From a virus, in the IMG/VR virus record IMGVR_UViG_3300033149_001257, positions 46,458-110,457 of that record: DNA of 64,000 nt. One strand, 5' to 3'. The position numbers were made by a program, and so were the translations under genes. Shown here piece after piece: positions 1-10,461 of the stretch (positions within the stretch are counted from its first letter, which is position 1; every line of letters starts with the position of its first letter). A model generated the notes under the pieces. The model was not told where the DNA came from. It saw only the letters and a program-made list of their open reading frames with translations, and searched no databases.

Positions 1-423
1 GCGAAAGTTTTTCCACATATGGATGTGATTTACAAGAAAAATGATGGCCTCTGGGTCGTTATCTGCAAGTTCTGAGAGCGCATATAAATCCTTGAGATGG
101 TATATCTCGTCAGCATCTATGAATAGGAGCAATTCCCCTTTCATCATTTCAAGGCATTTATCGCGCATTTGTATTTTGTCGTTCCAGAAACCGTCTTTCT
201 TGAATACGTGCACCTTGCTATGTTTTTTTTCAAGGTCAGTTATAATCTGAACCGTATTGTCTTTTGAGTGCCCACTACTGTTCGCCATATGAGAGGCGTT
301 CTTTACCGCGCCCTCAACTATATTAATGTCGGTTACGCATGAACACTTTAATGGAGCGTCCATCGCGTACTCTAAGTACTCTGCTTCATTCAGACAAATT
401 ACGCAGACGCTTATCGATGCCAT
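1..423 (-). CDS. Glycosyltransferase family 2 (GT-A fold), 3'-truncated by window edge
   Basis: Not in the ORF track. My translation from ATG at 423 gives MASISVCVICLNEAEYLEYAM...IVEG...SKDNT...LLFIDADE, which has the GT2 N-terminal motif and DxD. Open to position 1. Confidence 0.85.
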   Translation of the reverse strand, partial: MASISVCVICLNEAEYLEYAMDAPLKCSCVTDINIVEGAVKNASHMANSSGHSKDNTVQIITDLEKKHSKVHVFKKDGFWNDKIQMRDKCLEMMKGELLLFIDADEIYHLKDLYALSELADNDPEAIIFLVNHIHMWKNFR

Positions 424-1828
424 TCGGAATTACCCTTTCTATTATTTTTCTCAAATTATCACAGTATGCCTGGAATGTCATAATACCCTCAATGTATTCT
501 TTACCCTGCTTACCACGTTGCGTTCTATACGTTTTATTAGTCAGTACCTTATTTAATTTTACCCCGAGGTCGTCAGCGCCTTTCTTGAAATCGGCATACT
601 CTAAAAAGTCTTTATATTCCTCCCTGAAAAATGGAGTATCGTAGCATATACATGGTTTTTCACAATATAGGGCCTCTGCTGGAAACATTCCAAATCCTTC
701 CATTGTTGACGGAAAAATTGCAGCCTTGGATCTTTTTATAATCCTAAACTTTTCAAGGTCGTCTACGTTCATGTGGAATTCCATGGAAATGTTTGTGCCC
801 TTAGCGAGGTCCTGATACATCTTTTTTCTGTCCTCACCAATTGGATTACAAATAAAATTAATCTTTGGGGGATTAGGGATGTTCCTTAAACACGTGATTA
901 CATGTTCGGGGTGTTTATGAGCAACCAGTCTTGATACGAAAACTATTTCATGCTGTTCTGTTTGTTCCGGTACGAGGTCTGCCACTTTATCGTTAATGAA
1001 TGGATATAGCGCAGATATGTTTTCGGGTTTGTATGTATTACCAAGCCACCGTCCTGTATAATCTTTACATAGTTCATTCAGGCTCAGTACGTGTGTTGCT
1101 ATTGATAGTGCTTTTTTGTATTTATCCCAGTACTCGTCAGTCGAGTCTGTTCCTTCGCGGAATAGTCTGGTATAGTTGGGGGATTCAAATATGAGTAGGG
1201 CCGAGGGAACATTCATGTTCTTCCCACTCATGGCGGCCTTTACTCCCCCCTCTCTTGGTATGCCAACGAATAAATCAAACATATTTTCTGGCATATCAAA
1301 ATCAAGGTAGAGGTTATTCATTATTCTTATTCTGTCATGGTGTGGATAATTCTTAAAGTCCATGGCAAAAGTGGGCTTAATGTTGGTACATACGGTTACA
1401 TCAAATCCTATGTTAGCTAAGGCATATATCATTCCCCACGCATAATACCTGCCACCACTATAATGAGTAGCTATGTTCTCCATAAAGAACGCCACCTGTG
1501 GTCTTTTAGACATCGGGCCCTTTATGGCGAATGGTAGCATCTCTGCCGGTAAGTGGTGTTTTACTACCTCAAATATTCCAGGGGATACGTTTATTTTTTC
1601 ATATACCACGTTCCTGCCTATTTCTACCCCTATCACACTATCGTCTATCTTTTTAATCCTTCCATGCGCAACCCATGATTGTACGCTGGGATCACATAAG
1701 TCAATACCTTTAAGTATAAGTATTTCCCCCACCTCTGCGGCCTGACCTTTGAATAATAGTTGCTTTTTGTCAATGCCTACGTTCAGGTATTTACCCGATA
1801 CTAACGAGTGCCTTTTGTAGTGAGCCAT
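386..1828 (-). CDS. Glycosyltransferase family 4 (GT-B) with extra N-terminal domain
   Basis: VFVSRLVAHKH and FPSTMEGFGMFPAEAL motifs (EGFG...E GT4 signature). Confidence 0.85.
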   Translation of the reverse strand: MAHYKRHSLVSGKYLNVGIDKKQLLFKGQAAEVGEILILKGIDLCDPSVQSWVAHGRIKKIDDSVIGVEIGRNVVYEKINVSPGIFEVVKHHLPAEMLPFAIKGPMSKRPQVAFFMENIATHYSGGRYYAWGMIYALANIGFDVTVCTNIKPTFAMDFKNYPHHDRIRIMNNLYLDFDMPENMFDLFVGIPREGGVKAAMSGKNMNVPSALLIFESPNYTRLFREGTDSTDEYWDKYKKALSIATHVLSLNELCKDYTGRWLGNTYKPENISALYPFINDKVADLVPEQTEQHEIVFVSRLVAHKHPEHVITCLRNIPNPPKINFICNPIGEDRKKMYQDLAKGTNISMEFHMNVDDLEKFRIIKRSKAAIFPSTMEGFGMFPAEALYCEKPCICYDTPFFREEYKDFLEYADFKKGADDLGVKLNKVLTNKTYRTQRGKQGKEYIEGIMTFQAYCDNLRKIIERVIPNGIDKRLRNLSE

Positions 1829-2910
1829 ATTTTATCTAACCTCTCAAGGTATTTTTTACTTACCAATTCTATGTCAAACTTGTTTTTTATTGTAGTTCTT
1901 GCCCTCTTCCCTTTTCTTTCAAGCATTTCTCTATCAGATACTATGTTCTGCAGCGCATATATTAAGGAACCCATCTGCGGATTCTGGAATTTAAGTCCTT
2001 TATAGTGAGTGCTCATAGACCCATACTGTGGGTATTTCGTTGTGAGTTCTCCACATTCTATGATATATCCATTCTCTTTGTTACAGAAATCTGCCATGGC
2101 CGAACGCTCAGGAACTATGATGGGTTTCCCACACGACATACATTCAGCAGCCGGTAGATTAAATCCATCTCCAAGTGATGGGAATAGCCCTATATCACAG
2201 TCTGTATAAACCCCGGGGAGTGAGTTTTCCTCAAACCTTACGGTAGTGAATACGATATTAGGCAACTCTTTATCTCCGAGTTTATTTCTGGCCCCATTTA
2301 TCATATCAACGATATTCTTTTTATCGGTATAGTATGTCGCAAGCATAAGAGTAGCCTGGTGTTTATCAAACGCTCTCAGGAAAGCATTTATGGCTAAGTG
2401 GAACCCCTTGCGAGAGCACCAACGCCCAAGCATTAATATCCTAAGTCCTTCGGGATTCATAAAATTCATGGGTTTATGTGTGGGATTGAACGTCCCGGTA
2501 TCTATACCAAGTGGCATTACGTATATTTTGTCCTCGGGATATATGCGGCTAAACACTTCTTTGTTAATTTCGGAGGGTACCCATAGTTCATCAAAAGCAT
2601 TGAGTTTATCGGTGAAACTCTCCGGTAATTGCATGGCCTCAAACATAGTATATGCTATATTATATCTTGAATTGTCTGGTATTTCCAGTAGGAACGGTGG
2701 GCCTATGCCAATAAAAATAGGCCTCTCAACTGTATTCTTGAGAAGCCTATGTATCGTATCTCTTTTTTCTATTTTCTCGTCTGTATTCTCTGCATTTGTT
2801 GATACTATTTTCACATTAGCTTTAAGGCTATCAAGCCCTGTCGCTATGTTCCGTAGTGCCGTTGCGAAACCTGTAAACCCCCATGCTTGTCCGCGTATCT
2901 CAATATCCAT
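1801..2910 (-). CDS. Glycosyltransferase family 4 (GT-B)
   Basis: GRWCSRKG, FPSLGDGFNLPAAECMSCGKPII, DELWVPSE motifs. Confidence 0.85.
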   Translation of the reverse strand: MDIEIRGQAWGFTGFATALRNIATGLDSLKANVKIVSTNAENTDEKIEKRDTIHRLLKNTVERPIFIGIGPPFLLEIPDNSRYNIAYTMFEAMQLPESFTDKLNAFDELWVPSEINKEVFSRIYPEDKIYVMPLGIDTGTFNPTHKPMNFMNPEGLRILMLGRWCSRKGFHLAINAFLRAFDKHQATLMLATYYTDKKNIVDMINGARNKLGDKELPNIVFTTVRFEENSLPGVYTDCDIGLFPSLGDGFNLPAAECMSCGKPIIVPERSAMADFCNKENGYIIECGELTTKYPQYGSMSTHYKGLKFQNPQMGSLIYALQNIVSDREMLERKGKRARTTIKNKFDIELVSKKYLERLDKIWLTTKGTR

Positions 2911-2928
2911 GCCGAATGCCTTTCAGTC

Positions 2929-3207
2929 TTATTTTATGGTATTCTTTATTTGCTGAATACCATCTTTTATTGCATTATGCACAACTTCATATAGACCGGA
3001 TGCTATTGCCGCTGACCATAATCCAAGAATTATGGCTGAGTACACATTGTCTACCATGCCCTGTAGGTGGAAAAATAATCCAACTCCCACTCCCGAACCA
3101 AAAGATACTATAATCTTCCATGTCTTATTAAGTCCCGGAACTATACCCTTTATCATTTCTACGATAAGGTTGATACTTGCTACCATTTTAATTATAGTTG
3201 CTTCCAT
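2929..3207 (-). CDS. Putative holin
   Basis: 92 aa with 2-3 hydrophobic segments, a ...GLWSAAIASGLYE motif and a charged C-terminus; lies in the lysis region. Confidence 0.6.
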   Translation of the reverse strand: MEATIIKMVASINLIVEMIKGIVPGLNKTWKIIVSFGSGVGVGLFFHLQGMVDNVYSAIILGLWSAAIASGLYEVVHNAIKDGIQQIKNTIK

Positions 3208-3255
3208 GTTAATCCTCCTTACAAACTTTTACCTTCTGAGTCTATTTTCATTATT

Positions 3256-3627
3256 TTATATGTCAAGTAAAACGCCTATGGAAATTCCCGCGCGCCATAC
3301 TTTTCCAATAAAATCACGCGCACAAAATACGCCCATTTTAACCTTGTCGTCCATGGCCCACTTCCAGTTAAGTTTGTTTGAAAGTTCTCTGAGGTCTAAA
3401 TTTATTGAAATGAGATAGGAGATTGAAGACATTTCGGTTATTAGTCCGGCATCTAAAGATACAACCTTATTGAAGTTTACTACCGATATGGTACCGCCCA
3501 CCAAAAGCGTATCCGTGCACGCATCATAAAATGTTGATGCAGTCAAATCTCCACTTTCCGCAAATGCTATTCCTCCCCATCCACCCAAAACCAAAACCAG
3601 CGCCATTACCAAAAACAATTTCTTCAT
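3256..3627 (-). CDS. Secreted / outer-membrane beta-strand protein
   Basis: Start moved to MKKLFLVMALVLVLGGWGGIAFA (Sec signal ending AFA). The mature part has alternating amphipathic strands. Confidence 0.5.
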   Translation of the reverse strand: MKKLFLVMALVLVLGGWGGIAFAESGDLTASTFYDACTDTLLVGGTISVVNFNKVVSLDAGLITEMSSISYLISINLDLRELSNKLNWKWAMDDKVKMGVFCARDFIGKVWRAGISIGVLLDI

Positions 3628-3736
3628 CTTCACCCTTGCCTCCTTTACCTTCTTTTTGTACTTCTTTTTCATCTTTCTAATTGTAACACATAAGCCGATA
3701 GAAATCAAGCATTTCCTGATATTTGTTGGGATTTTT

Positions 3737-3994
3737 TTACTTCCCCAGTGCAGAGATATTAATTCTATCAACGCTTTTCTGGACTTCTTTAATCCTTTTT
3801 TGGTTGTCTTTTTCCACATAAAATGCCGCTTCCATATAGCCCATCGTCCCTCGATGATATGAGTTAGATAGTTCTATTTTAATTTCGTTACAGAATATCC
3901 TGTGCTCAAATTTATTTAGATTCGTGGATATTAAAAGCCATGCTATTATAGCTACCAATATCACGATGAGATAATCTTTTATTTTACTTGGCAA
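3737..3994 (-). CDS. Membrane-anchored hypothetical protein (possible spanin-like)
   Basis: Single N-terminal TM helix; follows the endolysin. Confidence 0.4.
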   Translation of the reverse strand: MPSKIKDYLIVILVAIIAWLLISTNLNKFEHRIFCNEIKIELSNSYHRGTMGYMEAAFYVEKDNQKRIKEVQKSVDRINISALGK

Positions 3995-4391
3995 TTAAAC
4001 CCTCCCACTGAAAATGAGATGGGTCACGCTTGTATAGTCTATCTCCCCAGGATAGCCACTCTCCGCCCCAGCCTATCTTATACCCATACCACATCTTTGC
4101 AACAAATGGTATCATGTACCCTAATACATAGGCCTCTTTCTCGTATTTTTTGTATTTCCAGGACCAATCCGGAACTCTCAATACAAAATCTATGGCCTCG
4201 CCTTTAAGGTGCTTACTTTTTAACGTCCTGCCGTATCCAAGCATTACGATTTCTTTCTGTCGCTCTAATGTCCGGCGCGTTTCAAATATACCAAAAGGTA
4301 GGCCATATGCTTTTATTACCACATTGCCTATCCTCGCCACGTTCTGCATCTCCGGCGTTAAACTACTTGTGCTGTTGATTCTTTTTGACAT
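3984..4391 (-). CDS. Endolysin, peptidase M15 (L-Ala-D-Glu peptidase-like)
   Basis: R-T-L-E-R-Q, SKHLKGEAIDF and WGG.W...DPSHFQ zinc-peptidase motifs. Confidence 0.85.
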   Translation of the reverse strand: MSKRINSTSSLTPEMQNVARIGNVVIKAYGLPFGIFETRRTLERQKEIVMLGYGRTLKSKHLKGEAIDFVLRVPDWSWKYKKYEKEAYVLGYMIPFVAKMWYGYKIGWGGEWLSWGDRLYKRDPSHFQWEGLIAK

Positions 4392-4605
4392 CTCGCCACG
4401 TCCTTTTCAGTTTATTTAGTTGGTCCCGGGATGCGTCAACAAACATCTCCAGGTTCTCTTGCGTTATTTCCAAGTCCTTCAAAAAGTGGTTCATCGCTTT
4501 AATCTGTTCTCTCGTCATCGGCATCCACCTCTTTTTTTCTAATCCTCACCTTTTTTAGAATTGCCAATACCGCGGTTATTAAAAACTTAATTAAAGTCTT
4601 ACTCA

Positions 4606-4911
4606 TTACTGTATAAACAGTTGAAAATTAACTGCCACCTCGTTTGACCTTATGTATACCTTCGTTACGTCATCACAGGGGTCAGAGAAATCCTGTCCAC
4701 CATATAGCCTGCCCGCTACTGTAGTGCCTGCGTTAATTGACCATTCAAGCCAGAGAGCGGAATCTGATTCGGCATTCACAAATACCAGCGATTTGGCATC
4801 AAAGTCAATGTTTATTTCTATCCACGTTGTTCCATCTCCCACTGTTCTATGCGCCGTGTTTCTTTGGTCCGTATACATTCTGTTTTTCGTTCCTTTGGTC
4901 ACGTGCTCCAT
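4606..4911 (-). CDS. Small beta-rich virion-associated protein
   Basis: AGGAG RBS; composition and position in the tail region. Confidence 0.5.
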   Translation of the reverse strand: MEHVTKGTKNRMYTDQRNTAHRTVGDGTTWIEINIDFDAKSLVFVNAESDSALWLEWSINAGTTVAGRLYGGQDFSDPCDDVTKVYIRSNEVAVNFQLFIQ

Positions 4912-4973
4912 TTTTACTTCCTCCTTTTTATAGAATTACTCTAAAAACTATCCGTCTTTAGCCACCATCAGTG

Positions 4974-6581
4974 TTAAGGTTTTGTGGCCGTTATCACCCC
5001 ACCGATTACTTCTATTTTCCATGGTTGCGTGGGATGGGTTACGTCATAAACAATTACTGATTTACTGTCATTGTAATCCCCCACGGTAAGGTCAACAAAT
5101 ATCTTCTTACCATTCGGCGTTCCTGTTGACACCTTTGTTCCCCCCGCATATTCTCTTGTTGTATCCTCATCTGCGGTATACTCTGTTTCAAAATATGTAT
5201 CATTATCATCGTCTGATATTCTACTTCCACCACCACCACCACTACCTCCACCTCCGGCGGCGGATGGTAAAACACCTCTGAGATTTTGATATTCAGCTAC
5301 TGGATTTGTTGTATGTTCAAAATCCTGTTTAACCAATGCGCCAGCAACTACCTTATAAATCACCCTGCATATTAATACCGAACCCGATTTTAAGTCGGAC
5401 GGAATAGTATACACCGCCTGATTCTTCTCGTCATTTTCTGCATCTGATAAACTTATGTATTTTGTTTCTCCTGTCGGTGCGTTCATGTACAATATAGACT
5501 TACTCTCATTGGCAAGAGCGGCGAATATTACTATGTTAATATACTTGTTATTAGAAAATGCGTCGCCATTGGCATATTTGGCTATGTCTATTGAGTAATG
5601 GTTGCTGTATGGTGTGTCAGGGTCGTTTACCCATGTTATTGTGCTACCTGCCACCACCGCGTCCGTGGTGAAATCACTTTTACCAATATATCCTTTTACT
5701 ACTGATACGGCAACCAATCTTTCGCCTGTACCTGAAAACGTCGGACTTCCACCACTTGAATATTGACCGCCTGTAATATAAAGCCTTTGTGTCAATCCAT
5801 GTATTGATTCATAGGTAGCTGTTATCCCACTCCACACCTGGGATACTGTTGCCGAAGTAGTAAATACTTCGTATATCTGTGCCTCACCAACTTCTGCGTG
5901 TTCTATACCTGCGTCGTCAGGGTCGGTTTCGGAAGCAACTACCACCGCATTGGAAGTAGCATATACATAATATCTTTTAGGTACTGTCGCTGTACCACCC
6001 GTGAGAGTTACGGTTCCGCTTGATATTGTTACAAAAGATTGGTTTATGTTGGCATTGAATGAACCGCAATCGTCATCAGCACAATAATGAAAACTCGCTA
6101 CTCCGCCCGTGACGGCAATCCATACAGAAGTCTTTTCAAGCAGTACATCATCTGTGATGTTGGCCATGTGTCCAATCAGGGCATTGTTTACATGGGTTTG
6201 ATTTGAAATGTTAGGATTTACCGGGTTCGTGTATGCAACATCTCCCGTATCCAGATTATCCAATCTTCCTTTTAGTGTTGCCGATGATTCTTCCAATACG
6301 GCAATATTCCCAGCATTGGTAGCTGTAGAAACCTCCAGTATTGCTATTTTGGCAGCATTCGTTGTAGCCGACGATGCCGTTGCATCAAAACTAGAATAAT
6401 CTTCCTTGGATATAAAACCGTCCTGCGTTGCAGAAGCCTCCGGTATGCTTATCTGGGTACCACTTATATCTACAGGAGCTACCCCCTTATAAGACCTACC
6501 AAACTTTCCACCACCCACTCCCTCTGATAATGATACCGAAAACACCATTATCCCCAAAACACAAATTAATACTCTTTTCAT
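4974..6581 (-). CDS. Tail-fibre-like protein with N-terminal signal peptide
   Basis: ASATQDGFISKEDY fibre motif, coiled-coil heptads, poly-Gly linker, ISDDDNDT module; N-terminus MKRVLICVLGIMVFSVSLS. Confidence 0.55.
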   Translation of the reverse strand: MKRVLICVLGIMVFSVSLSEGVGGGKFGRSYKGVAPVDISGTQISIPEASATQDGFISKEDYSSFDATASSATTNAAKIAILEVSTATNAGNIAVLEESSATLKGRLDNLDTGDVAYTNPVNPNISNQTHVNNALIGHMANITDDVLLEKTSVWIAVTGGVASFHYCADDDCGSFNANINQSFVTISSGTVTLTGGTATVPKRYYVYATSNAVVVASETDPDDAGIEHAEVGEAQIYEVFTTSATVSQVWSGITATYESIHGLTQRLYITGGQYSSGGSPTFSGTGERLVAVSVVKGYIGKSDFTTDAVVAGSTITWVNDPDTPYSNHYSIDIAKYANGDAFSNNKYINIVIFAALANESKSILYMNAPTGETKYISLSDAENDEKNQAVYTIPSDLKSGSVLICRVIYKVVAGALVKQDFEHTTNPVAEYQNLRGVLPSAAGGGGSGGGGGSRISDDDNDTYFETEYTADEDTTREYAGGTKVSTGTPNGKKIFVDLTVGDYNDSKSVIVYDVTHPTQPWKIEVIGGVITATKP

Positions 6582-6611
6582 CTTTACTCCTCCTTTTTTA
6601 ATTTTATCTCC

Positions 6612-7277
6612 TCATTCGTGTAATATCTTTATTGGCGGTCCGTCTACCCATGTTGGGTTTCCACCGAATGTTCCGTGATGTTCATTTCCAGAATAATCCG
6701 TTACGTCAACTCCACCCGGCGCAAGATTGTCTGCACCATTATCCATTCTTGAATAATTCAAAACATTTGCATCTGGTATTAAACTTCGGTGCATCATATT
6801 ATATACTTCACCTTGAGCTAGTTCTTTATCCCATAAAGAAAACTCTGCCATTTTGCCATAATAATTATTTCCTGCAAATCCTCTGATTCTGCCAATAGTT
6901 AAATAATCATTACTTGCGTTATTGAATGTTATTGCACCAGAAACAGCAGATACCCCATTCACATATATTATCGTATTCCCCGTTCCGTTGTTATGTGTCC
7001 AAACTACCCAATGCCAAGTGCTAAAATCATAAATATATCCCGTGTTTAGTGAGCCGGGATTCCCCAATATAGCAAATCTTATGTTTGCTCCATTGTCTCC
7101 CGTTATAACCACTGGTCTATAATTTGCCGCTCCCGTAGTAGAGCCGATATGAACGGGATATTCTTCCCCTGATCCACTATCATCTTGCCACATCCAACAA
7201 GCAATAGAAAAGTCGGTGAAAGAAAACGCATTTGTATATGATATATAATCTCCTGAACCGTCAAAAGATACTGCCAT
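6612..7277 (-). CDS. LamG / concanavalin A-like lectin domain virion protein
   Basis: SFDGSGDY, FSIACW, WHWVVWT, IYVNG, IG...YYGKMAEFSLWDKEL, DYSGNEHHGT. Confidence 0.85.
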   Translation of the reverse strand: MAVSFDGSGDYISYTNAFSFTDFSIACWMWQDDSGSGEEYPVHIGSTTGAANYRPVVITGDNGANIRFAILGNPGSLNTGYIYDFSTWHWVVWTHNNGTGNTIIYVNGVSAVSGAITFNNASNDYLTIGRIRGFAGNNYYGKMAEFSLWDKELAQGEVYNMMHRSLIPDANVLNYSRMDNGADNLAPGGVDVTDYSGNEHHGTFGGNPTWVDGPPIKILHE

Positions 7278-7304
7278 TATTTTACTCCTTCTTTATCAAT
7301 TTAT

Positions 7305-7535
7305 TTATTTTACCGATTCCAACTCTGTATTAAGTGTCACTATGCCAGCTTCTATTTGTGATATTTTCGCATCGTGTTGTTGATTAATAATGATTACTGC
7401 ATCATCATAATCTTTTTGTGCCTGTTGCATAGCACTTGCCTTTTTAACCAATAAATCATTTCGCTGATTCTCTGTAAACTTTAATTCTGCCATCTTGTCT
7501 TTGATTGTTTCCTTCTGAATACTCGTGATTTCCAT
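7305..7535 (-). CDS. Coiled-coil hypothetical protein (possible fibre chaperone)
   Basis: 76 aa helical protein; GAGGAG RBS; directly follows the fibre gene. Confidence 0.5.
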   Translation of the reverse strand: MEITSIQKETIKDKMAELKFTENQRNDLLVKKASAMQQAQKDYDDAVIIINQQHDAKISQIEAGIVTLNTELESVK

Positions 7536-10451
7536 TTAATCCTCCTCTATTTTTATATATAAAACTTCGCAAAACTTATCACCAACATCGTAATCCGAAT
7601 CGCTTATATCAACCCATGCGTAAAACTTCATCATTTCTCCTGCTGTTGGTAAATTTGAAGTCCATGCTATCGTATCTACCAATAAATCTCTTGCTGCTGC
7701 TGTGGGATTTATGTCTACCGCGCCTATGGACGTATACCCCCCACCCGGGTCCCATGGCTCATCATGCGCTATTGAAATTCTTTCTATGTGAAAATCTGCC
7801 TTATGCGCAGCATTGGTATCCTCACTTAGGGAATATATCGTTATGGTTAAATTACCCCCACTGTAAAATGCAGGCATAGCAACCTGCCAATATGCTTTAT
7901 AATCTGTACCCACCCCACCGTCTGCAAGAAACTTTGTCACATAATCGGGTCCACAGTTTGTTCTTGAAACTTTTTCTATAAGCGCGAAATCGCTATTCGG
8001 TAATACTGCTGCCCCTGGATTCATAAATAAGGCAACTTTCCCACCACCCATGTTATCGTCCACATATTTCTTAATGCTTTGCTGGGTAGCTAAAGCGGTG
8101 GGGCTATCTGAACCCATGGCATCTTCATCGAGAACTGTTGTTACTCTCGCATTAGCGCTTCCCATTTGAATACCCGAAGCGTTTATGTTTAACCTGTCGT
8201 TTCCGTTTTCTCCGATGGTTATTAATTCAGCAGCATTTGTGGTGTCTATTTTAATGAAATTCCCATCACCAGTTTTTATCTCTAAAGCACTGGCGACATT
8301 ATCAGTCATGTCTATGTCCATGGTGGTTCCGTCAGCGCTTATGGAATCAAGCGCAACATCTCCTACGTTTGTAATGTTGTTGTCGCCAAAACTTTGATTC
8401 CCACCAAATGCCCGGGTACCGTCAGCCTTAATATACACGGTATGTAAATCAGATGCTATGTCAGGATGATTATGAACATGGTCTTTACGGCAAAACTCCG
8501 TCGCACTTCCTTCCGCATTGGCTTCCGCTATATTTGAGGGTACTCCAACGTCTATGCCGTGCGCATGGTCGGCACGCGCAAGATAATCAGATGTTCCCTC
8601 TGACGCTACCACGTCAACCGAGGTTATGTCAAGAGGCGATGCGCATATAATCGGGTCGCCACCTGTCTGCGGTGCGTGGGCTGTGGCATGGTCTTTTGGT
8701 GGTTGGTCGTCTGCTAATTCACCGCTAAGACCAGCAACGCTAATTTCATCTCCACCCCCATTTTCGTGAGATGCTGCATGGGCCGCCGGTGCTGCTCCAT
8801 CCACATAGGCCTTGACGGCCTTTTCTGTCGGCAATGCTGTATCGGAATTACCTGCTAATGTTCCGTCAATAGAAAACTCGTCTATCCTCGCGTTAGCTCC
8901 ACTGACCTGGATTCCGGAAGCATTAATATTCAACTCATCACTTCCATTAACCCCTATGGTTACTTTTTCGGAAGCGTTGGTGCTGTCTATTTTCAGGAAG
9001 TTACCATCAGATGTTTTTATTTCTAAAGCGTTGGCCCTGTTATCGTTGACATTAAAATCAACATCTATGGCCGCTCCATTTGGGCTAACGGATACGAGTT
9101 CTATATCGTTTACCTTGGTAATATTATTATCATCATGTGATATTGTCCCATTGAATTCCGTGCTTCCATTCCGTAGCATTACTAATCCGGAATATGGATG
9201 CACGTGGTCATCCCTTGATGCCTTTACCCCAACACCTGGTGAAGCCGCCGCTGCATCGGAAACAGGGTTGTTATCACTTACCTCTGCTCCTGACCCAGAT
9301 AGTGCCGTCCATGCACCATCTGTATAGCATACATATATTCTATTAGTGTCCGTGGTTAAAACAATCATGCTTTCTGTGGGAGTAATTACTAGCCGTTCAG
9401 CGTTTGTCATTTTCCTTAAATTACCAATCCCATTAGAAACATAGGAAGAATTTAAGCAATCCACCTTAAAGTGGTTATTGTAAACAAAATAGTTCTGTTT
9501 ATTGGTTTCTGTGGAATTCGTCATTATGTGTGTTTTACCCTCATAATACCTACTTCCAGTATTAGGTAGGGTCACATACACATATCCGTTATAATAGCAC
9601 CACGCATAGTCTTTATTGGCCAATTCTGTCCTACCGAGGCTCAACAGGTTAATTACGGTGTTTGAGGGCATTATATACCAACAGGAGGCCTCTTTACCTG
9701 ATATGGGCCTTGTTAGTGTGGTTATCTTAATATAATAATAATCCGCATCATATCCGGCATTATCACCAACTCCACTTTTTGCCCAATCAGAAGGAGATGT
9801 GAATGTTATTTGACCATTCGACTTGAAATTCAGGGTGTTGTCTGCAAGGTCATCGGCCGTGGCGGTTAATTGTGTCCATGCGCTACCATTCCAGTACTCA
9901 ACCTTCAGCGTATAAGCAGACCCGAATCCACTGAAATTGAAGTCTACCCCATTAAATGTCGTGCCTAGCCCAACATATAAAGCATCTCCCGTGGCTAGCA
10001 TTAAATCAAATGCCGTACCACCCTGAGTGCCGGCCTCTATGGTATCGTCTATATAAGCAGCGCCATCCCATAAAAGTACAGAACTGAAAGAACCGTATGT
10101 TTCCCCGGATGCCTGACCTTTCTTTTCAAGGTCTTTCTCGTTCATATATAATTCGTTGATAGTATCATAAGCATAATGGAGCGATGTTACCGGATATTTC
10201 CAGATACTATAATTTGTTAGAGTTTGCAGGACCTGCCATAACCCATAATTCGTTGTGGCGTGTCCTATATCAATATCTCTAAGCCATTTCTCGGGTAATC
10301 CGGAATCGCTTATGATGGCATCGCATTGGTTCTTATTAAACTTCGCATTTACCCTGGTTCCACGCAATGTTTCAAAGTTATCGTTCACCCCCGTGGTAAA
10401 CTCTGCGTCGGGTATCTGGTCGTTTAATCTTTTCAGTTTTATGTCCGACAT
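7536..10451 (-). CDS. Tail fibre / receptor-binding protein with internal duplication
   Basis: HAASHENGGGDEI, ASRDDHVH and ARADHAH His-motifs; duplicated ~110-aa module. Confidence 0.75.
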   Translation of the reverse strand: MSDIKLKRLNDQIPDAEFTTGVNDNFETLRGTRVNAKFNKNQCDAIISDSGLPEKWLRDIDIGHATTNYGLWQVLQTLTNYSIWKYPVTSLHYAYDTINELYMNEKDLEKKGQASGETYGSFSSVLLWDGAAYIDDTIEAGTQGGTAFDLMLATGDALYVGLGTTFNGVDFNFSGFGSAYTLKVEYWNGSAWTQLTATADDLADNTLNFKSNGQITFTSPSDWAKSGVGDNAGYDADYYYIKITTLTRPISGKEASCWYIMPSNTVINLLSLGRTELANKDYAWCYYNGYVYVTLPNTGSRYYEGKTHIMTNSTETNKQNYFVYNNHFKVDCLNSSYVSNGIGNLRKMTNAERLVITPTESMIVLTTDTNRIYVCYTDGAWTALSGSGAEVSDNNPVSDAAAASPGVGVKASRDDHVHPYSGLVMLRNGSTEFNGTISHDDNNITKVNDIELVSVSPNGAAIDVDFNVNDNRANALEIKTSDGNFLKIDSTNASEKVTIGVNGSDELNINASGIQVSGANARIDEFSIDGTLAGNSDTALPTEKAVKAYVDGAAPAAHAASHENGGGDEISVAGLSGELADDQPPKDHATAHAPQTGGDPIICASPLDITSVDVVASEGTSDYLARADHAHGIDVGVPSNIAEANAEGSATEFCRKDHVHNHPDIASDLHTVYIKADGTRAFGGNQSFGDNNITNVGDVALDSISADGTTMDIDMTDNVASALEIKTGDGNFIKIDTTNAAELITIGENGNDRLNINASGIQMGSANARVTTVLDEDAMGSDSPTALATQQSIKKYVDDNMGGGKVALFMNPGAAVLPNSDFALIEKVSRTNCGPDYVTKFLADGGVGTDYKAYWQVAMPAFYSGGNLTITIYSLSEDTNAAHKADFHIERISIAHDEPWDPGGGYTSIGAVDINPTAAARDLLVDTIAWTSNLPTAGEMMKFYAWVDISDSDYDVGDKFCEVLYIKIEED

Positions 10452-10461
10452 TTAAGCCCTC

